64,000 nt of DNA from an uncultured Polyangiales bacterium (GCA_964487255.1 CAZAQV010000003.1:92266-156265), one strand, 5' to 3'. Shown: positions 19,390-28,789, counted from the stretch's first letter. Numbers and translations: made by a program. Notes: generated by a model from the letters alone, not told the origin.

Positions 19390-22283
19390 GCACCGTCCTC
19401 GCGCATGGGCGCTCCGCGCGGAAAGCGGCACGCCGCCGCATATGCACAAAAATCGCACGCGCCCTCCGCCGGGTAAACCTTGAAGTCGACCCTCTGAACA
19501 TCGCGCACAAGCGACTTGAGCTGGGCTTCAAATTCGCTGTCCGCCCCGTGCTCATCATCTCGAAGAACGCGCTGGTCGACGTCCACGGTGTAGCGCCCGC
19601 GCCGCTTATGCCTCCTGCGAAGCGTGCGCGTGCTCGCTCCGTCGCGCAGCGAAAGCAGTCGACCATCGACGTCTCGCGTCCTATAGGCCGCCGCAGCTGC
19701 CGCGCAATAGACGGAAAGCTGAAGCTCCCGCAGCCCCAGCTTGTTGCCTATTTTTGACTCCAAGCGTCCTAGTCCACTCGATTTCAGGTCGGAGACACGT
19801 ACGCTCTGTTCGCGCCGCTCAACCATGTCGATTCGACCACGAACTTGCGCGCTCCCGTATTCCGTTTCGACCGTCAACGCAGGCCAGCCGTCCGGCTCAT
19901 CAAAACCAAACCCCTGTTCGAGGCGCTCCGGCGTGTAACCCTCTCCCCTATCGTAGAGCGTCGTGACCAACGACAGCAGCCGTCGCTTGAGCAGGGCAAG
20001 CTCCGCCGGCTGATAGACGCGCGTCGACGCGACGCCGAAATCTAAGTCTGTGACGATCACATCGAGCGCGGACTCGGCGATCGTGATGGCCCGCTCAGCA
20101 CGAGAGGGCTCGAACGGAACACAGCCGTCCTCGATAAGCCGTGAAACGAGTTTCTCGAAGGCCTGGTGAGCGAGCTGGCCCAACAACCGGTTGTCGAGGT
20201 CTTCAGAAGCATCCTCGTCATCGTTTACGCGAAGCACGTGCTTGCAGAAGTATCGAAAGCGACAAGCCGCAACATCCTCGAGGCTCGAAGCCGAAAAGCG
20301 CAGGCCTCGGTTCGCGCGAGTGACTTTTTCATCCGATGTCTGGGCTACGCTTTGCTCGGGATTGAGCATCTTTGCGAGGCGGGCGGCTTCACGCTCCGCG
20401 CGGGCGAGCGCAGCAGGTGGCATCGCCCCGCTGTGCAGCGAAACGGACGGATCAAAAACGTCTCGGGATTCGATAGCCGACCATACGCGGGAGGGTTCCA
20501 AGCTACGCCCCTCCCAATCTGCGTCTGAACGGCTCCATAGGCATTGTTCAGCAAACTCAGACGCAACGAGCAGCGTGCCGATCTGTCGAGCCATCTCGAC
20601 CGTATGCCCCGCAGGCGCATGCTGAAGCGACGCCAGATCGAACACCCAACGCGCTTCGGCGCGAAACGGCCCCAGCGCACGCGCGACCTCCGCGCGCTCG
20701 CTTCTCGAAAGCAAGCTCTCGTCGACCACCGCTCCGGGAAAGTCGGTCTCGACGAGCCCTGCGGCGACCAGAAGGTCAACTGGAAGGATGGGGAGTTCGG
20801 AGCGTGTCACGATACGCACGCCTTGGCGTTGGATCTCACGTGGTAAGACCGATGCAGAAAACTCGGAACGCACCCAACTGAGCACGAAGTCGGTTGGGTA
20901 CTGGAGGTCGCTATCAATTTCTGCCGACCCCGCGACCGACAATGCGTCAACGATGTTGCTCGCGCCCTCCGCGGCAAGCGCGTGTTCGCGAAGCCCTCGC
21001 GCCGCGAGAGGTGTCTCCCCGGTGAGCATCGTCAACCAGTCCCGATGTTCGAGGTTCATTCCAATCGAGGAAAAACGCTCGACGAGCGCTCGGAGCCACA
21101 AATGCCATGCGCTCAACGAGCGTGGCTCGCGAAACTCTTCGGACAGAGCCTCAAGTTCCCGGACGGCGGACTCCGCACTAACAGCGCGAGCAAGTTCGGC
21201 CCAGGGCACCGGAGCGTGACCTCGAAGATGCAGTTTCCGGAGCGCGGCGGCCGACTCGCGAGGCTTCTCAAAACCGGACAATGCATACGCGCTCTCGAGA
21301 AGCGTAACGACCGCATCACGGGCCGGCGCAGCCTGCGACAGCACGTCCATAACCTGCAAAAACCAACTCCCCCACGCGGTGTGGGCAAGTCTCTTTTGCG
21401 GTGATAGGACATCAATTCCGGCACGAAGCAGCGACTGTTCCCATAGCGGCACCATGCTTGAGTCAGGTACCAAAACCACGATACGGCTCGGTTTCGCGCC
21501 GCACTCAAGCGCAGCCTTGATCTGCGACACCACTTGCGCGCGCTCCTCAGCGGGCCCCGAGGCAACCAGCGCGTCGACCTTGGGGCGCATAGGCAAGAGC
21601 ACCGGCGATGCGCTTAGCGAGGCGCGCTCAGCCAGCGCTTCGAGGCGGCCCAAAAGCAGGTCCGAAGCGACCTGAGCGGGGTGCTCGCTCTCGCCGCCCG
21701 CCCAGTGCGGCACCTCAACGACAAGCTCTCTGGGCGCCATCTGCCGCGCGAGTGCATCAAGAGCTCGCGTCTTTTGCCACGAAAGCCTTTGAAGCGGCGA
21801 GAACACGACCCGCCGTGCCCGCGCGTAGCCAAGGTCCGCTCCCTGCCCTTCAGCCAGCCGACGAACCGCGAGGCGCAGGCCGCGGTCGAGGTCTGGTACG
21901 CGCTCGCACTCGGACACGTAGCGCTTGTAGAGGTCGAAAAAGAAATCAAGTCGCGCCGCCACCGCGCCACCAAGACCGGACTTCACGGCATCGCGAAACT
22001 GCATCGCGGTGATGGCGGCACCACGCAGCTCTTCGACGAGTTTGTCGACGCGCGAAAAGTCGCTGGCCGGACGGCCCTTCTCGCTGAGTAATCGCAAAAT
22101 CAGAAGTCGGCGCTGAGGTCCGCCAAGGCACGGCCGCCCCGCCCCCCAATTTGCCAGGGTGGTGAAGAACTCGCGCTCAGTAACGCCCTGCACCCCCCAA
22201 ACACAGCTCTGACTCGCCTCCGCCGTCCAGACGGAAAGGGAAAGTGCATTGGGGAAAACGCGCAGTTCCTCGCGAAGCCGCAT
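19386..22283 (-). CDS. addB: AddB-like PD-(D/E)XK nuclease subunit with Fe-S cysteines
   Basis: It has a C-terminal nuclease block (GRIDMVER...VSDLKSS) bracketed by Cys clusters (CRFRYFC and CDFCAYAAAC), as in AddB iron-staple nucleases. No intact Walker A is seen. It is translationally coupled to addA. Confidence 0.75.
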   Translation of the reverse strand: MRLREELRVFPNALSLSVWTAEASQSCVWGVQGVTEREFFTTLANWGAGRPCLGGPQRRLLILRLLSEKGRPASDFSRVDKLVEELRGAAITAMQFRDAVKSGLGGAVAARLDFFFDLYKRYVSECERVPDLDRGLRLAVRRLAEGQGADLGYARARRVVFSPLQRLSWQKTRALDALARQMAPRELVVEVPHWAGGESEHPAQVASDLLLGRLEALAERASLSASPVLLPMRPKVDALVASGPAEERAQVVSQIKAALECGAKPSRIVVLVPDSSMVPLWEQSLLRAGIDVLSPQKRLAHTAWGSWFLQVMDVLSQAAPARDAVVTLLESAYALSGFEKPRESAAALRKLHLRGHAPVPWAELARAVSAESAVRELEALSEEFREPRSLSAWHLWLRALVERFSSIGMNLEHRDWLTMLTGETPLAARGLREHALAAEGASNIVDALSVAGSAEIDSDLQYPTDFVLSWVRSEFSASVLPREIQRQGVRIVTRSELPILPVDLLVAAGLVETDFPGAVVDESLLSRSERAEVARALGPFRAEARWVFDLASLQHAPAGHTVEMARQIGTLLVASEFAEQCLWSRSDADWEGRSLEPSRVWSAIESRDVFDPSVSLHSGAMPPAALARAEREAARLAKMLNPEQSVAQTSDEKVTRANRGLRFSASSLEDVAACRFRYFCKHVLRVNDDEDASEDLDNRLLGQLAHQAFEKLVSRLIEDGCVPFEPSRAERAITIAESALDVIVTDLDFGVASTRVYQPAELALLKRRLLSLVTTLYDRGEGYTPERLEQGFGFDEPDGWPALTVETEYGSAQVRGRIDMVERREQSVRVSDLKSSGLGRLESKIGNKLGLRELQLSVYCAAAAAAYRTRDVDGRLLSLRDGASTRTLRRRHKRRGRYTVDVDQRVLRDDEHGADSEFEAQLKSLVRDVQRVDFKVYPAEGACDFCAYAAACRFPRGAPMREDGA

Positions 22284-22514
22284 CTTCTTCGGTCTATCAC
22301 GGCGGCAGAAAACGCGTGATTATTGTCCGAAGTCGGCGTGCCGAACACCAATAAGTTCGCCCGATTGATCGTACACTTCGAGGGTCAGCCAACGTTCGAG
22401 CAGATCGCGATCGTCGAGTGCAAGCGGGCTCGGTCCCTCACCCACGAGTTCCCCCGCGCGACCTGCATCTTGCCTAAACGTGCGCAATCGCGAAGGTTGA
22501 GGTAGGGCAACCAT

Positions 22515-22955
22515 GTGAAGATCGAAGTCATCGCGGTCGCCAAAATCAAGGAGCGCGGTCTGCGGGACGCGGCCGACGACTACGCGGCCCGTATCGCTCG
22601 CTACGCACGGTTTCGCGAGGTTGAGCTCAAGGACGGCGACGAACAGACGGTCCGGGACCGGTTTGAAAAAGCTATCGAAGAACGCGCTTTCCGCGTCGCG
22701 TTGGAGGTCGGTGGCAAAGCGATGAGCAGCGAGACTCTCGCACAGAAAATCGAAACGCTGCAAGCCCAAGGCACGCCGGTGATGTCGTTCTTAATCGGCG
22801 GAAGCTACGGTTTGCCGAAGGAGCTTTCGAAAGGGGCGAACCTTCAGCTCTCGCTCTCCCTCATGACGCTTCCGCACCGCCTCGCACGGATACTACTGCT
22901 TGAGCAAATCTATCGCGCGTTCACGATCATCCGTAACGAGCCCTACTCGCACTAG
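22515..22955 (+). CDS. rlmH: 23S rRNA (pseudouridine1915-N3)-methyltransferase RlmH
   Basis: GTG start. MKIEVIAVAKIKERGLRDAADDYAARI... with a C-terminal SPOUT knot region (SLSLMTLPHRLARILLLEQIYRAFTI). Length is 146 aa. Confidence 0.9.
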   Translation: MKIEVIAVAKIKERGLRDAADDYAARIARYARFREVELKDGDEQTVRDRFEKAIEERAFRVALEVGGKAMSSETLAQKIETLQAQGTPVMSFLIGGSYGLPKELSKGANLQLSLSLMTLPHRLARILLLEQIYRAFTIIRNEPYSH

Positions 22956-22958
22956 CGT

Positions 22959-24422
22959 CTACTCGTCGGTGACGACGATCTCGGCCATCATTCCGAGCTC
23001 CGCGTGCTCAAGTATGTGGCAGTGGGCCATCCAACGCCCTGGGTTGTCCATATAAGCCTCGATCATCGTTGTACTGTTGCCGCGCAAGAGAACCGTATCC
23101 TTGAGGCCCGGTTGCGACTCGTCACCAAGCACGCGGAAGAACTGTCCGTGAAGATGAAAGGGGTGCTCGGGACCCGCTTGATTGACGAGCTCGAAACGAA
23201 CGGTGTCGCCCTTGGAAAACGTAAAAAGCGGTTCTTCGGGACTGTCGAGTCCGTTGAGCAGCCAGCGAAGTTCGCCCTCTTGCGTGGGGCTGAAGGTGAT
23301 GACCTCCTCGCGGTCGATCGGACGGTCTGCCGGCTCTTGCATTGCAGGCCACTCGATCGTTCGAGGCTCAAGGCTCGAGGCGGAAACATTGGCAACAACC
23401 AACGGGAAGCGCGAGACCTCAACACCCCGTATGAGCAGCATCTCCAGCTGCGCCGTCCCGGTCTGGTCGAGGGTCACTTCAACGTCGTAACGTTGTCCCA
23501 CGGGAACGAGCAGTCGCGTGGTTTCGTAAGGCGTAACGAGCGGCCCGCCATCGGTGCCGATCACACGAAACTTCGCGCCGGTCATGTCCACAATAAAGCT
23601 GCGCGCATTGGCCGTATTGACGATGCGCCAGCGCTCCACCGCATGCTGCTCGGTCTCGAATGTGAACGCATCGGCTCTGCCATTGACGAACAAGACATTA
23701 CCACTTCGCCCGTGCACCATTTCATGATGCGACTCGAGAAATGGCGCGATGCCTTCATCGGTCAGAAGCAAATCATCGATGGTGAAGTAGCGCTCGGCGT
23801 CGTAACGGGGTGCGTTCCGGTCATGAACCACAAGCACGCCGTAAAGACCTTTTTCAACTTGCTCGTTGCTTCGGACATGCGGATGGTACCAGAAAGACCC
23901 GGCATCGTTGACGACAAAACGATAGGTAAACGTTTCTCCAGGCTTGACCGGGTCTTGGATTCGAGGACTTCCGTCCATTTGGTCAGAGATGCGCAAGCCA
24001 TGCCAGTGAATCGTCGTCGGCTCGGGGAGTTTGTTCTCAAAGTGAACGATGACTTCGTCGCCCACCGTCGCATTGATCACTGGGCCCGGAATCGACCCGT
24101 TGTAGGCATACATCGGAACTTCCAGGTCTTCGGCAAGCGTCATCAGCGACTCTTCGGCAACCAGATTGACCTCGACAATGTTCTCCGCGGGGTTCGCGTC
24201 TTCGACCGTAGACACGCCCAGAATGTCAGGCTTCGTCCACGGCTCCACCGTCGCATCAGGTGGCGACACGACAGCATCGGCCGAGGCACTCGCGTCGTGC
24301 GCGTCACCCGAATCGGTCAGCACACCACCATCACCCGAGTGCTCAGGTTGTTCGTTCTCTGAACAAGCGGCATCAAGCACGAGGAGCGTCAACACGACGG
24401 CAAGAAAAACGTTGCTCTTCAT
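22959..24422 (-). CDS. Multicopper oxidase (lipoprotein)
   Basis: All four copper-ligand blocks are present: HWHG, HPH, HPFHLHG and HCHILEHAELGM. I chose the ATG at 24422 (MKSNVFLAVVLTLLVLDAAC, a lipobox). Confidence 0.9.
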   Translation of the reverse strand: MKSNVFLAVVLTLLVLDAACSENEQPEHSGDGGVLTDSGDAHDASASADAVVSPPDATVEPWTKPDILGVSTVEDANPAENIVEVNLVAEESLMTLAEDLEVPMYAYNGSIPGPVINATVGDEVIVHFENKLPEPTTIHWHGLRISDQMDGSPRIQDPVKPGETFTYRFVVNDAGSFWYHPHVRSNEQVEKGLYGVLVVHDRNAPRYDAERYFTIDDLLLTDEGIAPFLESHHEMVHGRSGNVLFVNGRADAFTFETEQHAVERWRIVNTANARSFIVDMTGAKFRVIGTDGGPLVTPYETTRLLVPVGQRYDVEVTLDQTGTAQLEMLLIRGVEVSRFPLVVANVSASSLEPRTIEWPAMQEPADRPIDREEVITFSPTQEGELRWLLNGLDSPEEPLFTFSKGDTVRFELVNQAGPEHPFHLHGQFFRVLGDESQPGLKDTVLLRGNSTTMIEAYMDNPGRWMAHCHILEHAELGMMAEIVVTDE

Positions 24423-24834
24423 GCCGCGGAAGCTAGGCCGCTTTATGCCTTCAAGCAACCGAACGTGAAACTCGTTCCGGAAAGCTGGCTGTCCCGGATC
24501 GAACTCGATGGATCGCGGACTTCAGGAATTCGGCTAAAACGCATTGGGCGCACCTCCACACGTTTCACAGCCGAATTTCGACCGCTCAGCAACTTCGAAG
24601 GAACCTCGTCGGCGGACAATGCTAGTTTGACCGAATGCACGGGGGCCCTTACCGAATCAACGCAAGGCGTGCCCAGCCAAATCGCTGGTCCCCATCCGAG
24701 CTCGAAACTCGTTTGGTCAACGTGATACCGGTCATCGCAAAACTCTTCCTAGCCTCGCCGCTATTCTACCTTTCACTCACGCCCGCTGAGATGACTTGGC
24801 AGAGCCTGAAGGCAATATTCAAGTTGGGCCTATT

Positions 24835-25782
24835 TTAGAAGCGGAGGAGGCTGAAGTAGGCTTCGATCGCCGCTTCCCCGAAGAAGTAGTACTCGATCGC
24901 CCCTAGAGCGAGAAACGGACCGTAGGGCATCTTGAGCCCCGCCAGGCCCTTCGGCGCGTCCGCTTCGTGCTCTGCGGGCTCTTCTTTAGCGTCCGGGTCA
25001 ATACCGTAGTGACGTGGATCGTAGCCTTCGCGTTCATGGTACGGGGGGTCCGGTGCAATCTCCTTGCCGAGAAACAGAAACAAGCCAGCGGTAAGAAGGC
25101 CTTGCATCGCGCCGGTCACGAGTGAAAACAAGGTGGCGCGCCAACCCAAAAACGCGCCAATCATCATCAGCAGTTTCGAGTCGCCCTCGCCCATCCCACG
25201 TCGACCTGTGAGGTGCTCGTAGGTCCACACAAAGAAAAGCTGGATCACCAAAAAGCCCATTCCAGCGCCCAGGGCGGCCTCCGCAGCACCGGGCTCGTCC
25301 CGTAGCCCGACGGAGATGAGTCCAAGCGCCGTTCCGGTCAGCGAGACCTCGTCTGGAATCTCCATCCACTCAAGGTCGACGAACGTCGCAATGATGAGCC
25401 CACCAAAAAACGCGAAGTAGAGCAGCGCCTCGACCACGCGACCCACTGCAGCCGCCGCTGGGTGTGCGACGACGATCTGCTCGACGAGCACAACACATAC
25501 AACGGCGCTCATGAACTCGATCAGGGCGTATCGAGGCGAGAGAGGTTTTTGGCAGCACCCGGTTTTACCTCGGAGGAGTACCCAGCCCACAATGGGAAGG
25601 TTGTGCAACTTCCGCACCGGCTCCTTGCACTGTGGGCAATGACTCGGCGGTCGCACGACCGACATGTCCCGAGGCCAACGATAGATGGCAACGTTAAAAA
25701 AGCTGCCCCACACCGCACCGAACATGAAGGCAAAAACTCGGTACACCCAGGGAGACAGTTCGCTGACGAGCATCTGTGCCAC
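24835..25782 (-). CDS. Prepilin (type IV / type II secretion) leader peptidase, A24 family
   Basis: It has an N-terminal Zn-finger-like CPQCKEP...GCCQKPLSPRY region, is polytopic, and has the two catalytic Asp contexts (DLEWMEIPD and GMGEGDSKLL). Confidence 0.85.
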   Translation of the reverse strand: MAQMLVSELSPWVYRVFAFMFGAVWGSFFNVAIYRWPRDMSVVRPPSHCPQCKEPVRKLHNLPIVGWVLLRGKTGCCQKPLSPRYALIEFMSAVVCVVLVEQIVVAHPAAAAVGRVVEALLYFAFFGGLIIATFVDLEWMEIPDEVSLTGTALGLISVGLRDEPGAAEAALGAGMGFLVIQLFFVWTYEHLTGRRGMGEGDSKLLMMIGAFLGWRATLFSLVTGAMQGLLTAGLFLFLGKEIAPDPPYHEREGYDPRHYGIDPDAKEEPAEHEADAPKGLAGLKMPYGPFLALGAIEYYFFGEAAIEAYFSLLRF

Positions 25783-25946
25783 AACGCTACCCCGGCCTCG
25801 TCTCGGCGACGCGTCGCAATGCCGCTCCTGCGACGAACTCGGCGGAGGAAAACCGGCGAGACGCGCGATGCAAACCGACAGACAGGGGAGGGATCGCCGA
25901 AGAGTCGTAGATAGCGTGGCTCTGCTCTCTCATCGGAAAGATTCTA

Positions 25947-26729
25947 ATGGTTTATTCTGCTGTGATGCGACAAAATGCGCGGCCCATGAATGAGACAACG
26001 CAGTCGATCGTAGTCAAAATCGGGAGTTCGTCATTGGCAGGCGACGGAAACGCCATTCCTAGGTTGTGTGCTCAGATCGAGAAGCTTCTTCAGCAAGGGC
26101 ACCGCGTGACCCTGGTCAGTTCTGGGTCGATCGCGTTCGGTTGGCGGCGTCTCGGGCTCAACAGGCGTCCCACGGACCTGCCTACGCTGCAGGCGTGTGC
26201 CGCAGCGGGGCAAACCCAGTTGATCCAAGCTTATCAGCGAGGTTTTGACACCCGCGTAGCTGCGCAGGTGCTTCTCACACGGGGCGACGTCGAACGGCGC
26301 GAAAGCTATGACAACGCGTGCGCGGCAATGGACCGCTTGTTTGGACTGGGCGCCGTGCCGATCATCAACGAGAACGACACGGTTGCCGTCGAAGAGATTC
26401 GCTTCGGTGATAATGACAACCTCGCTGCGCTCGTTTGCCCGATGGTGGGTGCATCGCTGCTGGTTCTGTTGACCGACGTCGAGGGACTCCTCAATCGCGA
26501 TGGCACACCGCTCGAAGAGGTTACAGACCTTACCTTCGCCACGGAGCTGGTACAGTCACGCGTTTCCCCGGGCGACGGCAGCGGGGGGATGAGCAGCAAA
26601 CTTCAAGCCGTCAAGACCGCTCGAAAGTCGGGTACAGCAACGGTGATTGCGCCCGCCTACCGCGACCGTGTTCTGCTCGATATCGCGGCGGGACAGAAGG
26701 TCGGCACTCGCTTTCGTTTAGTAGAGTGA
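25947..26729 (+). CDS. proB: Glutamate 5-kinase (short form without a PUA domain)
   Basis: The IVVKIGSSSL, VTLVSSGSIA and NENDTVAVEEIRFGDNDNLAA blocks are present. The start is uncertain (Met codons at 25947, 25965 and 25986). Confidence 0.85.
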   Translation: MVYSAVMRQNARPMNETTQSIVVKIGSSSLAGDGNAIPRLCAQIEKLLQQGHRVTLVSSGSIAFGWRRLGLNRRPTDLPTLQACAAAGQTQLIQAYQRGFDTRVAAQVLLTRGDVERRESYDNACAAMDRLFGLGAVPIINENDTVAVEEIRFGDNDNLAALVCPMVGASLLVLLTDVEGLLNRDGTPLEEVTDLTFATELVQSRVSPGDGSGGMSSKLQAVKTARKSGTATVIAPAYRDRVLLDIAAGQKVGTRFRLVE

Positions 26730-26769
26730 GGGACTTGCCGCGCGTAAGACGGCGTGATTTGTTGTCCGC

Positions 26770-27102
26770 ATGTCGTCGAGTCACAAGCCTCTGTTCTCCA
26801 CCTTCTCTCTCATGTTTTTGGCCCAAGGGTGTGTCGTTCGAAGCAGCGGCCACGCCCGCTCGAGCGGCGCGAACGCGAGCAATCAACCGATAAGCTCTGG
26901 CAACGAGCCCAAGCGTTCAGGACCGGACCTGGCATCGATGGACTCAACATCGCGGCTTCCACGGGCACCAACTGCACGCGCTTGCACAAACCAGCGTCAC
27001 ACCGCTTCAAAAGCTGCGACTAAACGGAAACGAAAAAAGCCCGCCGGGTTGGCGGGCTTTCTCCAATCGCAAAAGCGAAGAACTACTGAACGAGGTCCTT
27101 GA
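26770..27102 (+). CDS. Possible small low-complexity lipoprotein (weak call)
   Basis: It starts with ATG and has a lipobox-like MSSSHKPLFSTFSLMFLAQGC. However, the ORF reads through the HU terminator hairpin and overlaps the HU 3' end by 20 nt, and codon bias fades in its second half. Confidence 0.25.
   Translation: MSSSHKPLFSTFSLMFLAQGCVVRSSGHARSSGANASNQPISSGNEPKRSGPDLASMDSTSRLPRAPTARACTNQRHTASKAATKRKRKKPAGLAGFLQSQKRRTTERGP
27033..27058 (-). terminator. Rho-independent terminator of HU paralog 1
   Basis: The stem is AGCCCGCC (27038-27045) / GGCGGGCT (27051-27058) with a 5-nt loop, followed on the minus strand by a T6 run (A-run 27033-27038). It sits 25 nt after the stop codon. Confidence 0.8.
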
Positions 27103-27397
27103 GCTTCTTCAGAGGGGTTGCCTTCACTTTCTTCTGCGCAGGCGTGGGCTTGGTGATGTACTTCTCGCCCGTAAAGGGATTGATTTTCTCTTCACCACCC
27201 TTTTGTGCTTTCTTGGTTGTCACCTTCAGCTTGAGCAGGTCGGGCACGGAGAACTCACCGGGACCGCGACGACCAAGCTCGCGCTTGATGATGTTTCGCA
27301 TCTCTTCGAAAACCGTGTTGACGTCCTTCTTGGTCACGCCTGCACGGTCGGCGAGCTCGCTGATAATTTGGGATTTGGTCATTCGCTTTCCAGCCAT
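27083..27397 (-). CDS. HU/IHF-family DNA-binding protein, paralog 1 (104 aa, Lys-rich arm)
   Basis: MAGKRMTKSQIISELADRAGVTKKDVNTVFEEMRNIIKRELGRRGPGEF... has the HU fold signature, and ...NPFTGEKY... is the arm. An AAGGAGAA Shine-Dalgarno lies 5 nt upstream. Confidence 0.85.
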   Translation of the reverse strand: MAGKRMTKSQIISELADRAGVTKKDVNTVFEEMRNIIKRELGRRGPGEFSVPDLLKLKVTTKKAQKGGEEKINPFTGEKYITKPTPAQKKVKATPLKKLKDLVQ

Positions 27398-27471
27398 TGT
27401 TTTCTCCTTGGTTTGGCGCCCTCGAGGGAAACGCCGGTGCCCTTTTTGCGGGCAAATTTGTTTGCGAGCGC

Positions 27472-27501
27472 AATCTGGCCGCGGTTTTTATAGGCTGACA
27501 A
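27472..27501 (-). promoter_or_regulatory. Candidate sigma-70-type promoter of HU paralog 1
   Basis: The minus strand reads TTGTCA-N17-CCAGAT. The same architecture (TTGTCA-N17-CTAGAT) sits at the equivalent position upstream of paralog 2. Confidence 0.35.
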
Positions 27502-27651
27502 GCAAAAACGTCTTCCAGGAACAAGAAAATAGCGGGTCACGCACGCAATATGGGGCAATCCCGCGATTTTTCTCGACCTCCGAGGAGTTGTTGCTCTGAA
27601 CATCAAAGATCGCGACCCCCCCTTCTCGCCGAGTCTTGCGGGCAGAAAACG

Positions 27652-27678
27652 AAAAAAGCCCGCCGGTTTGGGCGGGCT
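27652..27678 (-). terminator. Rho-independent terminator of HU paralog 2
   Basis: The stem is AGCCCGCC (27657-27664) / GGCGGGCT (27671-27678) with a 6-nt loop and a T6 run on the minus strand. It is a near-copy of the terminator at 27033-27058. Confidence 0.8.
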
Positions 27679-27702
27679 TTCTCCATTCGCCGAAGCGAGG
27701 AA

Positions 27703-28017
27703 CTACTGAACGAGGTCCTTGAGCTTCTTCAGAGGGGTAGCCTTAACCTTCTTCTGAGCGGGTTTTGGCTTGGTGATGTACTTCTCGCCCGTGAAGGGGT
27801 TAACCTTCTCTTCGCCGCCCTTTTGTGCCTTCTTGGTGGTCACTTTGAGCTTAAGGAGGTCGGGCACGGTAAACTCGCCGGGACCGCGGCGACCAAGCTC
27901 ACGCTTGATGATGTTGCGCATCTCCTCGAAAACCGTGTTGACATCCTTCTTGGTCACGCCCGCACGATCCGCGAGCTCACTGATGATTTGGGATTTGGTC
28001 ATTCGCTTTCCAGCCAT
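27703..28017 (-). CDS. HU/IHF-family DNA-binding protein, paralog 2 (104 aa)
   Basis: It has the same length as paralog 1, starting at the ATG at 28017. Only 3 aa differ (S/T, I/V, T/K). By my hand alignment about 34 of 315 nt differ. Confidence 0.85.
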   Translation of the reverse strand: MAGKRMTKSQIISELADRAGVTKKDVNTVFEEMRNIIKRELGRRGPGEFTVPDLLKLKVTTKKAQKGGEEKVNPFTGEKYITKPKPAQKKVKATPLKKLKDLVQ

Positions 28018-28093
28018 TGCTTTCTCCTTGCTGTGATGCACCACGGAGGGTGCATCGATGCCCGTTTTCACGGGTAATTTGATTGCGGGGGCC

Positions 28094-28122
28094 ATCTAGC
28101 AGCGGTTTTTGAAGCATGACAA
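28094..28122 (-). promoter_or_regulatory. Candidate sigma-70-type promoter of HU paralog 2
   Basis: The minus strand reads TTGTCA (28117-28122) - N17 - CTAGAT (28094-28099). It is conserved with the paralog 1 upstream region. Confidence 0.35.
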
Positions 28123-28192
28123 GTAGAAAAGACCGAAAAAATGAGGAGAAAAACGCCCCATTTTGTGATCCATTCTTTAAAACAAAGCAATT

Positions 28193-28696
28193 TCAGCGAA
28201 AGGGCGCTACCAACAATTCGGTCGTTTTCTGCATTTTTCGCTCCTCTGCATCTGTCTGGTGATCGTATCCAAGCAAATGAAGCAGGCCGTGGGCCAGCAA
28301 GAACGTGATTTCATAGCGGATTGAATGTCCTTTTTCGCGAGCTTGTCGACGGGCCGTCTGCACAGAGATGACGATGTCGCCGAGCATGTGCTCTTGTCCT
28401 CGAAGCGCTTCGCCCTCCTGCAACGCAAACGCCAGAACGTCTGTCGGGCGGTCTTTGCCACGATAGTCTCGATTCAGCGCATGAATCTGCTGATCGTCGC
28501 AAAGTAGGACCGAGAGTTCGGCGTCCGGCTTACGCAACGCAACGAGCATGCTTTGGGCTCTTTCGGCCAAAGCGCCAGATGAAATCGGCAAAGAACGGAG
28601 CCCTCGCGATTGCACACTGATCTTATGGCTCTTCACTAGGCTTTCTGCGTAGCAACGATTTTGCTCGTAGCCAACCGATGACGCGAGTGAAACCAA
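28193..28696 (-). CDS. ybeY: rRNA maturation endoribonuclease YbeY
   Basis: The zinc-binding motif HGLLHLLGYDH is present, together with the LLCDDQQIHALNRDYRGKDRPTDVLAF block. The start is uncertain and the true start is probably internal. Confidence 0.85.
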   Translation of the reverse strand: MVSLASSVGYEQNRCYAESLVKSHKISVQSRGLRSLPISSGALAERAQSMLVALRKPDAELSVLLCDDQQIHALNRDYRGKDRPTDVLAFALQEGEALRGQEHMLGDIVISVQTARRQAREKGHSIRYEITFLLAHGLLHLLGYDHQTDAEERKMQKTTELLVAPFR

Positions 28697-28789
28697 GGGT
28701 TTGACGTGCTAGTTGCACGGCCAACCCGAGTCGAACGTTAGCGGGAGAGCGAAGACAGAGCGGCTCCTCGAAAGACCGTTCATCGAGCA

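Noticed and set aside
22320-22513. Small ORFs on both strands between addB and rlmH. The plus-strand ORF is 60 aa (TTG start, about 83% GC3 by hand count). The minus-strand ORF is 64 aa (ATG start, about 52% GC3). I considered that the plus-strand ORF might be a remnant of rsfS, which often precedes rlmH.
   Set aside because: The similarity to RsfS is limited to an IVH tripeptide context. Neither ORF has a recognisable motif, and composition alone cannot decide between them, so I left the region unannotated. Ribo-seq or conservation data would settle it.
23004-24362. 452-aa ORF on the plus strand
   Set aside because: It is fully antisense to the multicopper oxidase gene, which carries all four copper-ligand motifs. 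The antisense product is Arg/His-rich with no motif. Long antisense ORFs are an expected artefact of high GC content.
24470-24500. UCCGGAAAGCUGGC, reminiscent of SRP RNA or RNase P conserved cores
   Set aside because: It matches only a few bases. The diagnostic GGAAGCAGCC (SRP) and GAGGAAAGUCCGG (RNase P) strings are absent.
24495-24525. GAGTTCGATCC on the minus strand, resembling a tRNA/tmRNA T-loop
   Set aside because: The flanking bases do not form a T-stem. I could build no acceptor stem, anticodon arm or CCA-proximal pairing. No other tRNA-like T-loop occurs in an intergenic region of this window.
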